DNA of 64,000 bases from contig NC_135825.1 in NCBI RefSeq assembly GCF_964213995.1, forward strand, positions 28,086,001 through 28,150,000, in the 5' to 3' direction. A program made the translations under genes and the position numbers. This DNA is from Mustelus asterias. Lineage: Eukaryota. Of the stretch, positions 51,901 to 64,000 are shown piece after piece. Within the stretch, counting starts at the first letter, position 1, and each line of letters begins with the position of its first letter. The notes beneath the pieces were generated by a model, which worked only from the letters and a program-made list of their open reading frames with translations, was not told where the DNA came from and did not search any database.

Positions 51901-52509
51901 TCAAAGCTGTTGCAGAGAGACGGGTTGGATAGAAATAGTTTTTTGGATTCGAGATAGATCTATCTATCTTGAAGAAATTTGAATGGGTGCATAGTTTCTG
52001 GTAACCACAGTTTTGTGGAAAGTATCAAGGGTTCTGGGTAAGATTTCACACATTTTCCTGAAGTTGATTGCGATTATTTTCTTTTCTTGGCTTACCCAGA
52101 GTTAAGTTTATTTGGCTGGTTTTCACCATTGTAGCTTATTTTCTTGGGAGAGAAATTTTTTTTGGAAGCATATGGGAGCTTGTGTATTTCAAATAGAAAC
52201 ATTCTGTACAAAAGCAGAGATAATGCTAAATGTATGCAAAATGTTACTCGAGTCTCCTGAAAGAATATTATGTACTTGTCCCCGTCCATTAAGAAAGATG
52301 TCAAGTATTTAGGATTAATATTGAAGAGAATCATGAGAAAGGCAACAGGAGTATGAAGCTTTATAATGAGAGAATACAGGAACTGGGACCAAATGTAATG
52401 CTAGAAAGAATCAGAAGTGCAGTCAGTATCTCTATATAACCTCACCCAATGCCCACTAAGAATGAACTAGATGTTTTAGCATCAAAAAAACTACATGGGT
52501 TGCTTGGAT

Positions 52510-52756
52510 AGAAGCAAATTACTGTAGATGCTGGAAGCTGAAACAAAACTGAAAGCACTGGAAAATCTCAGTGAGTCTGACAGCATCTGTGGGGAGGGAA
52601 CAGGGCGAACATTTCAAGTCTTAACGACCCTTCGTCAATTGAAATTAGGATGTTGTCTTCAGCTCTGACGAAGGGTTAAGACTTGAAATGTTAGCTCTGT
52701 TCTCTCTCTCCACAGAAACTGCTAAACCTGCTGAGATTTTCCAGCATTTTCTGTTC
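52510..52756. mobile_element. Penelope-like inverted element with minimal hammerhead core on both arms
   Basis: Imperfect ~100-bp arms; + strand AGCT-CTGACGA-A-GGGT-TAAG-ACTT-GAAA-TG-TT-AGCT (52661-96). Confidence 0.78.
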
Positions 52757-53781
52757 ACTAAATAATAAAATTGTCGGTTACGGTTTGGACAGGGTTAAAA
52801 TGTTTGCTAATTAATAAAACTCCATGCTGCAATGCATATTCTCTGAAGTGTTGGTTCTTTTGAACGAAAAGCTTATTTGAAATGCCAGTGCTTGTTGAGT
52901 GCAGAGCCATGAGTGCTCATCTGCCCAGATGTGCCATCAGCGCTGTGAATATCCTGAAATTACAGGTCTTGAGCATTGAAGGTTGCTGGAAATTTCTCTG
53001 TTCAGCAAATCTGCTTTATAGTTGGAATTCTGTGAATCTTTTTGAAGTATCCTTGAGTTGGCATTTCTGAGTGACTTTTGGTTTAAATGTTACAAGATCT
53101 CTTCAGAGAACTTCATCGATATATTTTATATTTGCACCAAAATCACAGCCAGTCTGAAGCTGTCAAAAGTAACAGACGAATCAGAGGCTGCAGTAACAAA
53201 TTATCATGTGAGAAGTAAACAGCCACTTGTCTTGGATGAATTTTGTGTTGAAGGGTGGTGCAGGAATAAGATCTGTTTTTTTTTAACATTTTCAAGAGAA
53301 TGGTAAATGTACATTTTCTCTCAAATATACTGCTTGCATTGAGCATTTTTACTGATTTAATATTCAATAAACCTGACTTGTAGTTTAATCTGTAGTTTGA
53401 TAGCAATATTAAGTTAAAGAGATCATGCGATGTTATATAAACTAGTAATAAGGGATTTCTATCTACTTCCTTGGCCTTGCTGCATGTAAGTGGATATTAA
53501 GAGGTAAAGACACCCTTCAAATCACTGGAGAAACAAAGATTCCTCATGGGAGTGGGTATGTGTAAATTGACCATGAGACCAACAAATGATGCTATCACAA
53601 TGAAAATTCCATGAGTGACCTTGCAGTCAGTTCCTTAACAGAATAATGCATAATATTTTTCACCCATTTCAGCATTTGGTTGTACGATTATAGTATTCTC
53701 AAATTGTCATTATGCTTTTTGGGGATGCAGCCAATTTGTCTGCGATAGGAAAGATAATGACTACCTTCATTTTTATTCCAG

Positions 53782-53961
53782 GTGGCTCTTTAGGCAGAGT
53801 AACTCTCCAGAAACAGCAGTCACTCCCTTCGCGGCCTGTTATTCCATTAGTGGCACGAATTGCAGATCAGAATGCATCAGGGGCGCCACCAATGACGATA
53901 AGAGAAAAATCCCGCCATGAAAAGTTCAAACAGCTTTTAAGCAGTGCACATACAGATTTAG
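53782..53961 (+). CDS. TBC1D22B: TBC1D22B internal coding exon (exon 4 equivalent, 180 nt)
   Basis: ttttattccAG acceptor, TAG|GTAAGT donor. Reads LQKQQSLPSRPVIPLVARIADQNASGAPPMTIREKSRHEKFKQLLSSAHTDL; phase 1-1. Confidence 0.95.
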
Positions 53962-55009
53962 GTAAGTTCATGAGGAAATAACAGATGAAATCCATTACAT
54001 TTAACCTTTGGTAAGAGTTTATGTCATGTATACGAGAATTAATAACATTTCCCTCCGTTTGATTTATTGTGGGAGCACATAACCAGTATTTTATCTTCCT
54101 TGCCTCAGCTCCTTCCCCTTGCACCCCTCTCTTCTCTTCACATCTCTCCATGTTTCCCCTCCCACCACCTTGCCTCTTTCTTTCTGCACTTTATTTTTGC
54201 ACTTGTACGCAATGAAAATTGTAGGGCCTTTTGCACTCATCTTTTTTACATATCTCTATCATAATGCTTCATCTTTTGTTGTTGAGGTTGAGTTGGGTGA
54301 CGAGCTCTTCTGCGTCATTTTAACACGTCACTGTGCATTGAAAGTGAATGCAAGCAAATGAAATGTCTGCAGTTCCTGCTATAGATAGAACAGCCATCTG
54401 GATGTAAGAAAATATTAAATGCAGAGACTTTTTAAACTTAATTTCTTTTTCTCTTAAGACCTAATGAATGCCAGGATAGTTTTCACAAACATGATATTCC
54501 TGATTCCTTTCTGGAGTATTTCATCAAATCTACCAACTTTCGAGTAATCTGAAGCCTTGTTAGTTGTGAAGTACTCTTAGTCCTAAGCAGGGATATAAAA
54601 GAGAGACCAGAAAGCTTAACCAGATTTTACCGGTCAACCAATTGCTGTGATTTAATCTAGACGTTCATTTTTAATATGACATGGCTGATGATTGCATTTG
54701 CATAGAAGGCTGTACTTTTATTATATGGACTCAGATTAAACATGCAGCTGAAGAGGCAATATAATTTTTGAATTATCTTCCCTTGCGATGTGAACATCAA
54801 TATTGTGGGATCTCTTAACTACTACATACAAGTCTCCGAGCGATATTTGCCTGGATTTAAAGGGATTATTGAGAAGCTGACTGCTTCTGATTTCTGTCAG
54901 TGGCTCCCAGCTCCTGATTTCTCTCACTGGCTCCCACATTGTACACAATATTCTAATTTAAGGAAGTTAAAAAGGATTCACTTTTCAAAGCCTCTGTTTA
55001 AAAAAATTA

Positions 55010-56080
55010 GTTGTGGGCATCAGTGGCTAGGACAGCATTTATTACCTGTACCAGTTATCCTTGAGAAGGTGGTGGTGAGTTGCCTTCTTGAACCTCTGCA
55101 GTCCCTGAGATGTAGGCACATCCACAGTGCTATTAGGGAGGGAGTTTCAAGATTTCAACCAAGTGACAGTGAAGGATGGCAATATATTTCCATGTCAGGA
55201 TGGTGAATAACTTGGAGGGGACCTCCAGGTGGTGGTGTTCCCAGGCATCTGCTGCTCTTGTCTTTCTAGATGGTAGTGGTCGTGAGTTTGAAAGGTGTTG
55301 TTCAAGGAACTATGGTGAGTTCCTGCAGTGCATCTTGTAGGTGGTACACGCAGCTGGCACTGTTTGTCGGTGCTGAAGGATTGAATGTTTGTGGAAGGGG
55401 TAACAATCAAGCCGGCTGCTTTGTCCTCCATGCTTTGTCGAGGTTTGAATGTTTTGGAGCTGCACTCGTGCAGGCAAGTGGAGAATATTCCATTACACTC
55501 CTAACTTGTGCTCTGTAGGTGTTGGACAGGCTTGGGGGTGGGAAGGGGGGGGGGGGGGGGAGAGCGGGGGTGGAGTTGGTCAAAGGTAACCCCAGGATGG
55601 GGGATTCAGCAGTGGTAATGGCATTGAATGGTAAAGGACAATGGTTAGATCCTCTCTTGGTGGAGATGGTCATTACATAGTAAGATCTAGGAGTAGGCCA
55701 TCTGGCCCCTCGAACCTGCTCCGTCATTCAATAAATACATGGCTGATCTTTTCGTGGACTCAGCTCCTCTTACCCACCCGCTCACCATAACCCTTAATTC
55801 CTTTACTGTTCAAAAATTTATCTATCCTTGCCTTAAAAACATTCAATGAGGTAGCTTCAACTGCTTCACTGGGCAGAGAATTCCACAGATTCACAGTTTC
55901 ATTGCCTGGTATTTGTGTGCTGCCAATGTTACTTGCCACTTGTCAGCCCAAGCATGGATGTTGTCCAGGTCTTACTGCATTTGGTCATACACTGAAGCAG
56001 TTTGAGAAGTCACGAATGGTGCTAAACATTGTGCAGTCATCTGTGAACATCCCCACTTCTGACCTTATGATGGAAGGAAG
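55010..56080 (-). mobile_element. Zenon-like CR1-group LINE fragment with an embedded CR1 3' end (~55675-55895)
   Basis: YRAQVRSVMEYSPLA; reverse complement of the 17700-19085 family. Confidence 0.8.
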
Positions 56081-57419
56081 GTTACTTGTGGGTCACTAGC
56101 ATTCAGTGCTTTATCTAAAGGGTGGCACAAGGTCTTGAAGGAATTTATTTTATCAAATGCTATTATTGCATTTTCTAAATTCAGAAGTACTTTTTACATT
56201 GACAGAGGAGCACAAAACTTTTCTACAGGTAGACCCTGGGGTTAATGAGATTTTCCTTGGGAGCATTGCACAGTGTAGCACAGCTGTTGTCCTTCAGTTC
56301 ATATTAACTTCATGTTTCAATTACCTTAAATCTAATCATGCACAAAAGGATGACTGAATGCAAACTTGTCTGGAGTGACTTTTTTCTATGAGCACTGACT
56401 GAGATTGATGACCAGAAAAATTGTTATCAGGAAAGTGAATTCTCACTTGCTGTTAAAATGCTTTTTGATTCTGCAGTATACTTCAAGACACGAGGAATTT
56501 CAAGTAGAACTGTTGGTTTAATAGTGACTGTAATAAGCAATTTCTGTAAAATCATCTTTTCTGACAAAGAAGGCATAATTTTTAACTAAAGTTGTTACTG
56601 GCATGCTGATAGCAATGAACTTGAGGTTTGTTGGAAGCTGCCTTTGCATAATGAATGTGGATAACTATTGCCATGAAATTAATTGTTACTCGATTTTCTG
56701 AGATGTTTATTAGACAGGCAATTGCTAAATATTACTTGCTTTTATTTGTCCTGTTTGCTTACTGCTTTGGAATGAAGCAACCCTGAAATGCAAAACTTAC
56801 CATTTAACATGGTCTGATCAAGACCATTTCGGAGGAGATGCAAGTATTATAGAGACTTAATTAGCTCCATGAAAAACTGACAGACTAAAATACTGTGCAG
56901 TTGATTGTGATGATTTAAACTAATAAGAGAGTGACAGATATTGAAACAGATAATATCATTGGCATTCAATGATAGAAGGTATTTCTAAGGATTAATTCCT
57001 ATACCTTTATGGTTTGGAGTACACTGTTCCCTTGATGGCTTTTGATAGTTGATAAAACTGGCTGCAGAAATCAAATTGTTGATAAAGCTGACTATAGAAA
57101 TAAAAAGCAGTTGTTATGAGAGGATTATTATGAGGAGTGTTCATCTAGGTAATGAGATAAATCACACTAAATAGGAGATCATTACTTGTCCAGGAGCTTA
57201 TGTTTCTTGTCACTGGGGCATTGAAAACCAGTATATTGTATTCCTTCCTTTTCCATACCTTTCACTTTAATCATTAAAAGTGCCATTTTATTTCAATCAA
57301 TGACCAGACTGTGACCACATATGTTAGGGAAGTGCTACCTCGAGGTTTCAAAATGTTTCAATTATATTTTCTCATTGATTTTCAAATAATGTAAAACACC
57401 TTTTTTCACGAATGAGAAA

Positions 57420-59420
57420 GACAATACCGACAATGCAACCAGGAAGGAGCAATGTGAAATATTAGATGAAAATGACATTGTGAGAGGGGAAGCATTAGGG
57501 GGTTTAACCTTTTTAAAATTGGACAAATTCCCGGGCCTGGAATGAAATTTATTCTAAATTGTTACGGGAAGCAAGAGAAGAAATAGCAAAGCTCTGACCA
57601 TTTTTAAATCCTCTCTGGCTACAGGCATGGTGTCAGAGGACTGAAGAACTATTAACATACCATAGTTTAAAAAATGAGAAAGGCATAGACTGAGTAAATA
57701 GGTGCCAGTCAGCCTAACCTCAGTGGAAAACGTTCTGAGGGACAGAATAAATTTTCATGTAGAAAAACAGGGATTAATCAAAGACAGTCAGCACAAACTT
57801 AAGAGAAGATCATGTCTGACTAACATGTTTGAAATCTTTGAGGAGGTAACAAGGACGGTAACAAGGAGGTCAATGAGATGCATTTGATGTAGTTTGTGGA
57901 TTTTGACAAGGCTTTTGATAAAGTCCCACATAGCAGACTGGTCATTAAAGCCCATGAGTTTCAAGGTAAGCTGATGTGTTGGATCCAAAATTGGCTTGAG
58001 GGCAGAAAGTAGAAGGTAATGTTTATTGAGTACTTTTGTGACTAGAAAGCTTTTTGGCTGGGATTCTGCAGGGCTCAGTTCTAGATTGCTTGCTTTTGTG
58101 CTCTATATCAATCATTTGGAATTGAACATGGGGGTAATGATTAAGAAGTTTGCAGATGATGCAAAAATTAGCCATGTGGTTGATAGTGAGGAAGAAGGCT
58201 GTAGATTGCAGGGGGCTAGTCTGGTTGGTGGAACAGTGGCAAATGTTATTTGACCCATACAAGAGATAATGTATTTGGGGAAGGCTAACCAGGTAAAGGA
58301 ATAAACGATAAATGGTTGAATACTGAGAAGTAGAGAGGAACTGAGGCACCATGGAGGGCATGTCCACAGATCTGTGGAGGTGGCTGAACAGGTAGATAAG
58401 GTGATCAAGAAGACATACGGGATACTTGCCTTTATTAGCTGAGGCCTGGAATATAGGAGCTGGACTGTGTAAAAACACTAGTTAGCTGGAGTACTGTGTG
58501 CAGTTCTGGTAATTTCCAAGAAAGATGGAATTGGTCGAGAGGGTACAGAGGAGATTTACAAGGATGTTGTGGAGACTGGAGAATTTTAGTAATGAGGAAA
58601 GGTTAGTTTGGCAATTGAGTTCCGAATAAGTCATATTGGACTTGAAATGTTAACTCTGTTTGTCTCTCCACAGAAGCTGCCAGATCTACTCAGTTTTTCC
58701 AGCACTTCATTTCAAATGTCCATCATCAGTTTTTGCTTTATCACATTAGATTGGCTAGGGTTGTTTTCATGGTGCAGAGGAGGCATGGTGTTGTCCCAGT
58801 TGAAGTGCATAAAATTGAGGGCTCTGGAAAGAGTGGATAGAAAGGAGTGGATAATTTGGGGACATTGATTTAGGACAGGTGGTGGGAGATAAGCAGCGAT
58901 TTTGAGGAGAAATGTTTTTATAGAAGGTGATTTGTTCGGCCCATCAAGTCAGCACCAACTTTCTGACAGGGCATCTTACCCTGGCCCTATCCCTGTAATC
59001 CACATATTCACCCTGTTAATCCCCTAACCCACGCATCTTTGGACACTAGGGGCAGCTTGGCATGGCCAATCAACCTAACCTGTACATCTTTCAGACTGTG
59101 GGAGAAAACCAGAGCACCTAGATGAAACTCATGCAGATGTGGGGAAAAGGTGCAAACTCTACACAGTCACCCAAGCCGGAATTGAACCCATGTCCCTGGC
59201 ACTGAGGCAGCAGTGCTTGCCACTGTGCCGCCCTATTGTGCACCGTGTCACCCTTTTCACCCAGAGGTTGTTGGGAATCTGGAACTGACAGCTGGGTAAC
59301 TCGTAATATTTAAGAAGTAATTGCAAATGCACTTGTAGTATAACCCACAGGCAAGTGGGATTAGGTTGGATCACTCCTCTAGTGGGAAGTGGAATGGGCT
59401 GGTGTGGACATTGATGTAAA
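57420..59420 (+). mobile_element. Old CR1 RT/3' fragment interrupted by a Penelope-like piece (~58610-58745) and a SINE
   Basis: PVSLTSV, RSCLTN, KAFDKVPH, KKFADDAK, LEYCVQFW motifs. Confidence 0.85.
58920..59233 (-). mobile_element. HE1-like V-SINE (older copy)
   Basis: Reverse complement of head, V-domain and CR1-type tail. Confidence 0.85.
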
Positions 59421-62409
59421 TTTCTGAGAATTGTTCCACTTCAGTTATTACATGTTCAGTTAAGTTAAAAACCTGACGGTTTCTCCCTCTGCTTTTTAAA
59501 AATTGATCTAAGCCTTGGAGTTCCTTTAATTGTTCTTCTAGGTCCCTTTAAACAGTGGTATCTGCATATGCAAGTTGCTTTTTTGCTACATAACTGTAAA
59601 GCTGCTTTTATGTTGGCTTTTTTTCTACTGGCTCATGAAGCGGGTGGTCAACCTGAAGGGCCAGTCTTGATAGATCTTGCAATGATTGAAAGTTTTTAAA
59701 TACTCAGTGTCTGTAAAGCTCCATGTTTGTAGGTGGCGTGAGTGAAGTGACATGAACAAGAGAGCGATTCTGATGAAAGGGCACCATCCTATGCTGGTAA
59801 CTCTAAGTCTCTCCACAGATGCTGCCAAACCAGATGATTTCCAGCATTGTTTGATTGAGAAATGAAGTACTTTCATTTATATAGTATTTTCTTGATCGCA
59901 GGTTCTCTCAAAACTGCTCTCAGCCAATTAAGTACTTCTAAGGTTTAGGCTGTTCTAATGTTTCACTGCGGTGATACTCAGCAGCATATTTGCCCTCAGC
60001 ATGGTAATGTAAGGTAGCAGTAAGAAAAATGATCAATTAATGTATTTTTAGTGATGCTGATTGAGATACAAGTACTGCTCAGGACACTGGGAAAGTTCTC
60101 TTGACGCCGAAGTGCCATCATAAATTGTGTGGCCAAGTCTCTGGAGTGAGGCTTGAGGTGACAACTTTCTGATAGAAATGTTACCACACCCTCCAGACTG
60201 GCCTTGGAACTTGTGTTTATTCTCACTCAACTTATTTTTTTTCCCCTAAAACAACAACCAGCACTTTGACCTCCATCTTGGAACCCTTCCAATTGTATGC
60301 CTCCACACATTAAACTGTAGTGCCATCCATTATAATGTTGGTACTTATATGTAAAGAAACACAAATGAAAGCCTACTGGCTTTATGCCATTGTAGTTGTA
60401 ATGCTATGCTAGAAACCTGCGTCAGGGAGGAATTTGTTCAAAGATAATGTTGTGACTGTTAAAGACAATGGGGCCCATATTTCCATGAACAGTAGCATAG
60501 AAATTGAAGAGGTATACTTACAATTAAAATGAGGAACCACACAGACAAGCACCTTGTGGGTGAATAAAATGGCAATCCTCTTTGAAGCAGTATTTACAAT
60601 TTGATTCTCGGTCAGAGCACATGTCTTCACCACACCCCTCTGACTTTTCTCTGGTCTACTGAGCCTTAATGTCTACATGGCCAATCTTCCCAACTCTTTT
60701 GGGTTTGATTAATGGTGTTGGCTCCTGGTATGGGAGTTAGGAAGCTTGTAACTAAACTTGCTGCTCTAAATAATGAGAGATTTTGGTAGCCTGGTGATTA
60801 TCATACTGCAGTTGCAGTCCAGTCGCTGAGAGTTCAAATTTTTCCATGGGGAAATTGAATCAATAAATCTGTTGATTTGTGGCCTGACAGATGAAAGTTA
60901 TATTATTGTAAAAACTCAACCGCTTCACTAATATCCCTCAGGAACCTACAAGTGACTCTAGTCGTATGTTATGCGGTTGTCATGGTAACGAAGGATGAGT
61001 ATTAAATGTGGCTTTGCCAGCATCACTTGCATCCAAAGAACGAATATTAATAAAAACCTAGTTAGTGGTGAAAATTGGAGTGGAGAAGGATAAAGTCTAA
61101 TATAGGATTTAATGAATCATTGTCTTTATAACTAGCTTGTCCTCATGTTTTATAAAAAGGGCAGCTTTATGCTGTGCAAAATTATATTGAAGTTTTGGGT
61201 TGTTTTCCAGCCAAGAGGACATGTATGTGGTTTTGTACCTGCTAAAAGGTGTCTTAAGATACTTCTGTTGGTTTCATTAGCTCCCTTTTCTGAACAGAAT
61301 TTGTGCTTTCTGCTTGATATTCAACAGATGTTCCAGCTATATAATTTAAACTTTCCACAAGCCTTCCAAACAAAACAATCTGAATTTTGAAAGTTTACCA
61401 TCACTGCATGCAAGCAAAAAAGCCCTAGCTAATGATGATTTGCATTTTGTATACTTTTATTTAATTTTTTATCTTTTATTTTTAAATGCATTAATTTATG
61501 TTGTGTACATTTCCAAAGGTTCCATCAGTACCTTTGGCACATTGGCCACGTGCCCCTTCGTCATGCTTGAGCCCAGACAACAACAGCTTCGTGTAACGCC
61601 TTTAAAATAACAAGATCTTCAGAGTGTTATCAAACACAATTTGACCATTCACTTGGTTTATAAAGAGGTATTAGGACCAAAGGTTTGGTCAAAGAAGTAG
61701 TCTTTAAGAAACTTCTCAAAGAGGGAGAGGCTCAGATTGAGGGAAGGAATTTCAAAGTTGAGGCATGGTCGATAATAGAGCAATGGAAATTGGGGGTGTA
61801 AAAAAAAAGCTAGAATTGGAGGAGAGGAGATACCTTGGAGGGTTAAAGGACTGCAAGAGCTTACAGAGGTATAGAGGAACAAACAGAGAGCTGTATGTAC
61901 TATGCCAATGAATGGGTGCATCATGGGGTTCATCAAAGCTGAAATGATTATAATTATAAGTATGTCTCAGGCACTGTAGGGCCCGCTAAATATGTGGCCA
62001 GGTTTTCACTTTCGTCTTACACCCAAAATGGGCAGGCAATCAGCACCTCGACAGTCCCTTTGCCTCTGCCACTCAAGTGAAGCGATGCAAAATTGAATTG
62101 CTCTAGTCCGGGTGGATGGGTAAGGGAGGAGGGGGCGGGGTTTGCTCCTTCCATGAACAGGATCTTGGGAAGGGTGGCCGGGGTTTGGTGGGGAGGGTGA
62201 CAGGTTGCCTGCAGCAGGGCTTTACTCTGTCCTAAGCGTGGGAGAGACATAGAACAGTCATTCTCACAATCCATAGGAATGAAGTGCTGGGTGTGCACAG
62301 ACATGGATACCCAGACAGTACTGTTCATAGCTGATGTTTGGGTAAACAGTAACCATCTCAAAAATCCACATCAGGAATATACATACTTTGTCCAAACCAA
62401 GGGTCCAAA

Positions 62410-62568
62410 GGTGTTCAGGTTCGGTTGATTTGGCCATGCTAAATTGCCCCTTCGTGTTGGGGGATTAGCAGGGTAAATCCAGGGTTAGGGCCTGTGTGGA
62501 ATTGTTGTTGGTGCAGGCTCGATGGGTCGAATAGCCTCCTTCTGCGCTGTAGGGATTCTATGATTCTA
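62410..62568 (+). mobile_element. HE1-like SINE 3' fragment
   Basis: ttggccatgctaaattgcccct..gcctccttctgcgctgtagggattctatgattcta. Confidence 0.8.
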
Positions 62569-64000
62569 GTCTTTGTTGGGATTTGAAAATATGAATGAGA
62601 ATTTTAATTTTGAGACAGTGTCCAAAGTGGAAACCAATATGGGTTGGTGCACTTGAGGGTGACAGAACTTGATGTGATTTAGGATATGGGCAACAGGGTA
62701 TTTGGATGAACTAAAACCTATGGAAAGTGGGATGCCTGCCAAAAAAGTATTCTAATAAAGGCATAGATGGCGGCTCACCAGCTGATAGGCAAAGGCAGTG
62801 GTAGTGACGAGGTATATTATAAAGGCAGAAGTAGTTACTTTGGTTATTGTGAGAATCTGTGCTCGGCAGTTCAACAAGGGGTCAGGTCACACCTGAGTTT
62901 CTGAACCATCTGGTTCAATCGCAGATAGTAGTTTGGGAGGAGGATAAAATCAAAGAGTCGTCATAGTTTATGCTGAAGATTAAAGCCAACAGCTTCTGTC
63001 ATCCTGCTATTTAGTTAGAGGAAATTTCTTGGCATTCAGTACTAGCTGTCAGATGAGCATTGAGAAAGCTCCGAGGCAGTGGAAGGGTCAAGAGAGGTGA
63101 TGATAAGGTTGAGGGCTTACACATAGAATCCTTTGTGTTTTCAGATGTTGTTGCCTGTAGATGAATATAATTGGGCAATATCAGCTCCAGTGAGTATTGT
63201 CTGACAATTTTATCATTGAGCACAATTTTTTCCTTGTTCAACATTCACATTGGCACTTTCCAGCAGAGTTCCATGAATAATAATTAGGAGTGGAAATTCT
63301 TCTATATTCTTGTTTCTAGTGTAGCTGCACTGAGGACAATTCTTATGCTCCAGATATTCCATCCGTTTGGGAGCAAATAACTGAACGCTGACCAGCAATT
63401 GAATTTGCAAATCCTAGTCTGTTGCTTCATGACATGTCACAGAGTGCATTTACTAAGTCATCAAAATTCTTCATCCAAGCTTTTAATCTAAAATGATGCC
63501 AGCATGTGTTCTCATCGTCAATAACAATGTCTGAATTCTTTGCATAACTTTGTTCTTTTGATATTGAGTACATGCTTCACTACAAAGATGATCTTGCCGC
63601 TTTGAAATACACTTGGAGATTTAAACTCCCACTCCTCTTGGCGAAATGGGATGACAGTAGAGTTAAAATGGAGGTGCTGCTGTGTTTCCTGGGACCATCT
63701 ATGGAAGCCGACTAATTTCATGCAAATTGGGATTGTACGTGGCATATTAATGCCATTAAAACCTGGTACTGCAGGAGAGGCCTTTTGATGTAAACTTATT
63801 TTTGTGGTCCCAGAAGGAGCAGAATGTGTTAATGAGGCCTGCAGCTTGAAATGAACTGGACCTTCCGTCACAGCTCTGAGACGGCCAGCCTGCCTGATTT
63901 GTCAGCTGGCACCTGATAGTTAAAATCCTCTCTGCAATGTCAATAGAACCAAATATTTTAACAGATCTATGTATTGGGTGATAAATTTTAGGTGACCGTA

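Noticed and set aside
53962-64000. Next TBC1D22B exon (ELRKCSWPGVP..)
   Set aside because: No matching peptide found; presumably beyond the window.

Overview
Eukaryotic, repeat-rich, mostly intronic vertebrate DNA. The SINE/LINE families (HE1-like V-SINE, HER1/CR1, Deu-SINE, Penelope-like) point to a cartilaginous fish, probably a carcharhiniform shark (inference). The window holds three internal coding exons of TBC1D22B (Rab-GAP) on the + strand: 1680-1736, 39632-39945 and 53782-53961. They are separated by 37.9 kb and 13.8 kb introns; exon 1 and the TBC-domain exons lie outside the window. The introns contain a young, 5'-truncated CR1 LINE and a decayed Charlie/GTF2IRD2-type hAT transposon, both nested in one older CR1. 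They also contain a Tigger/pogo derivative, an internally deleted Gypsy remnant, a Rex-Babar 3' end, Harbinger-type MITEs, many SINEs and several fold-back Penelope-like insertions with hammerhead cores. The most unusual signals are: (1) a direct-repeat-flanked, multi-stem RNA cassette in the CR1 3' UTR; (2) a perfect 93-bp inverted templated insertion; (3) one SINE body carrying two different LINE tails; (4) perfect Penelope palindromes folded at or near the ribozyme. Family names come from recognition of motifs, not from database searches.
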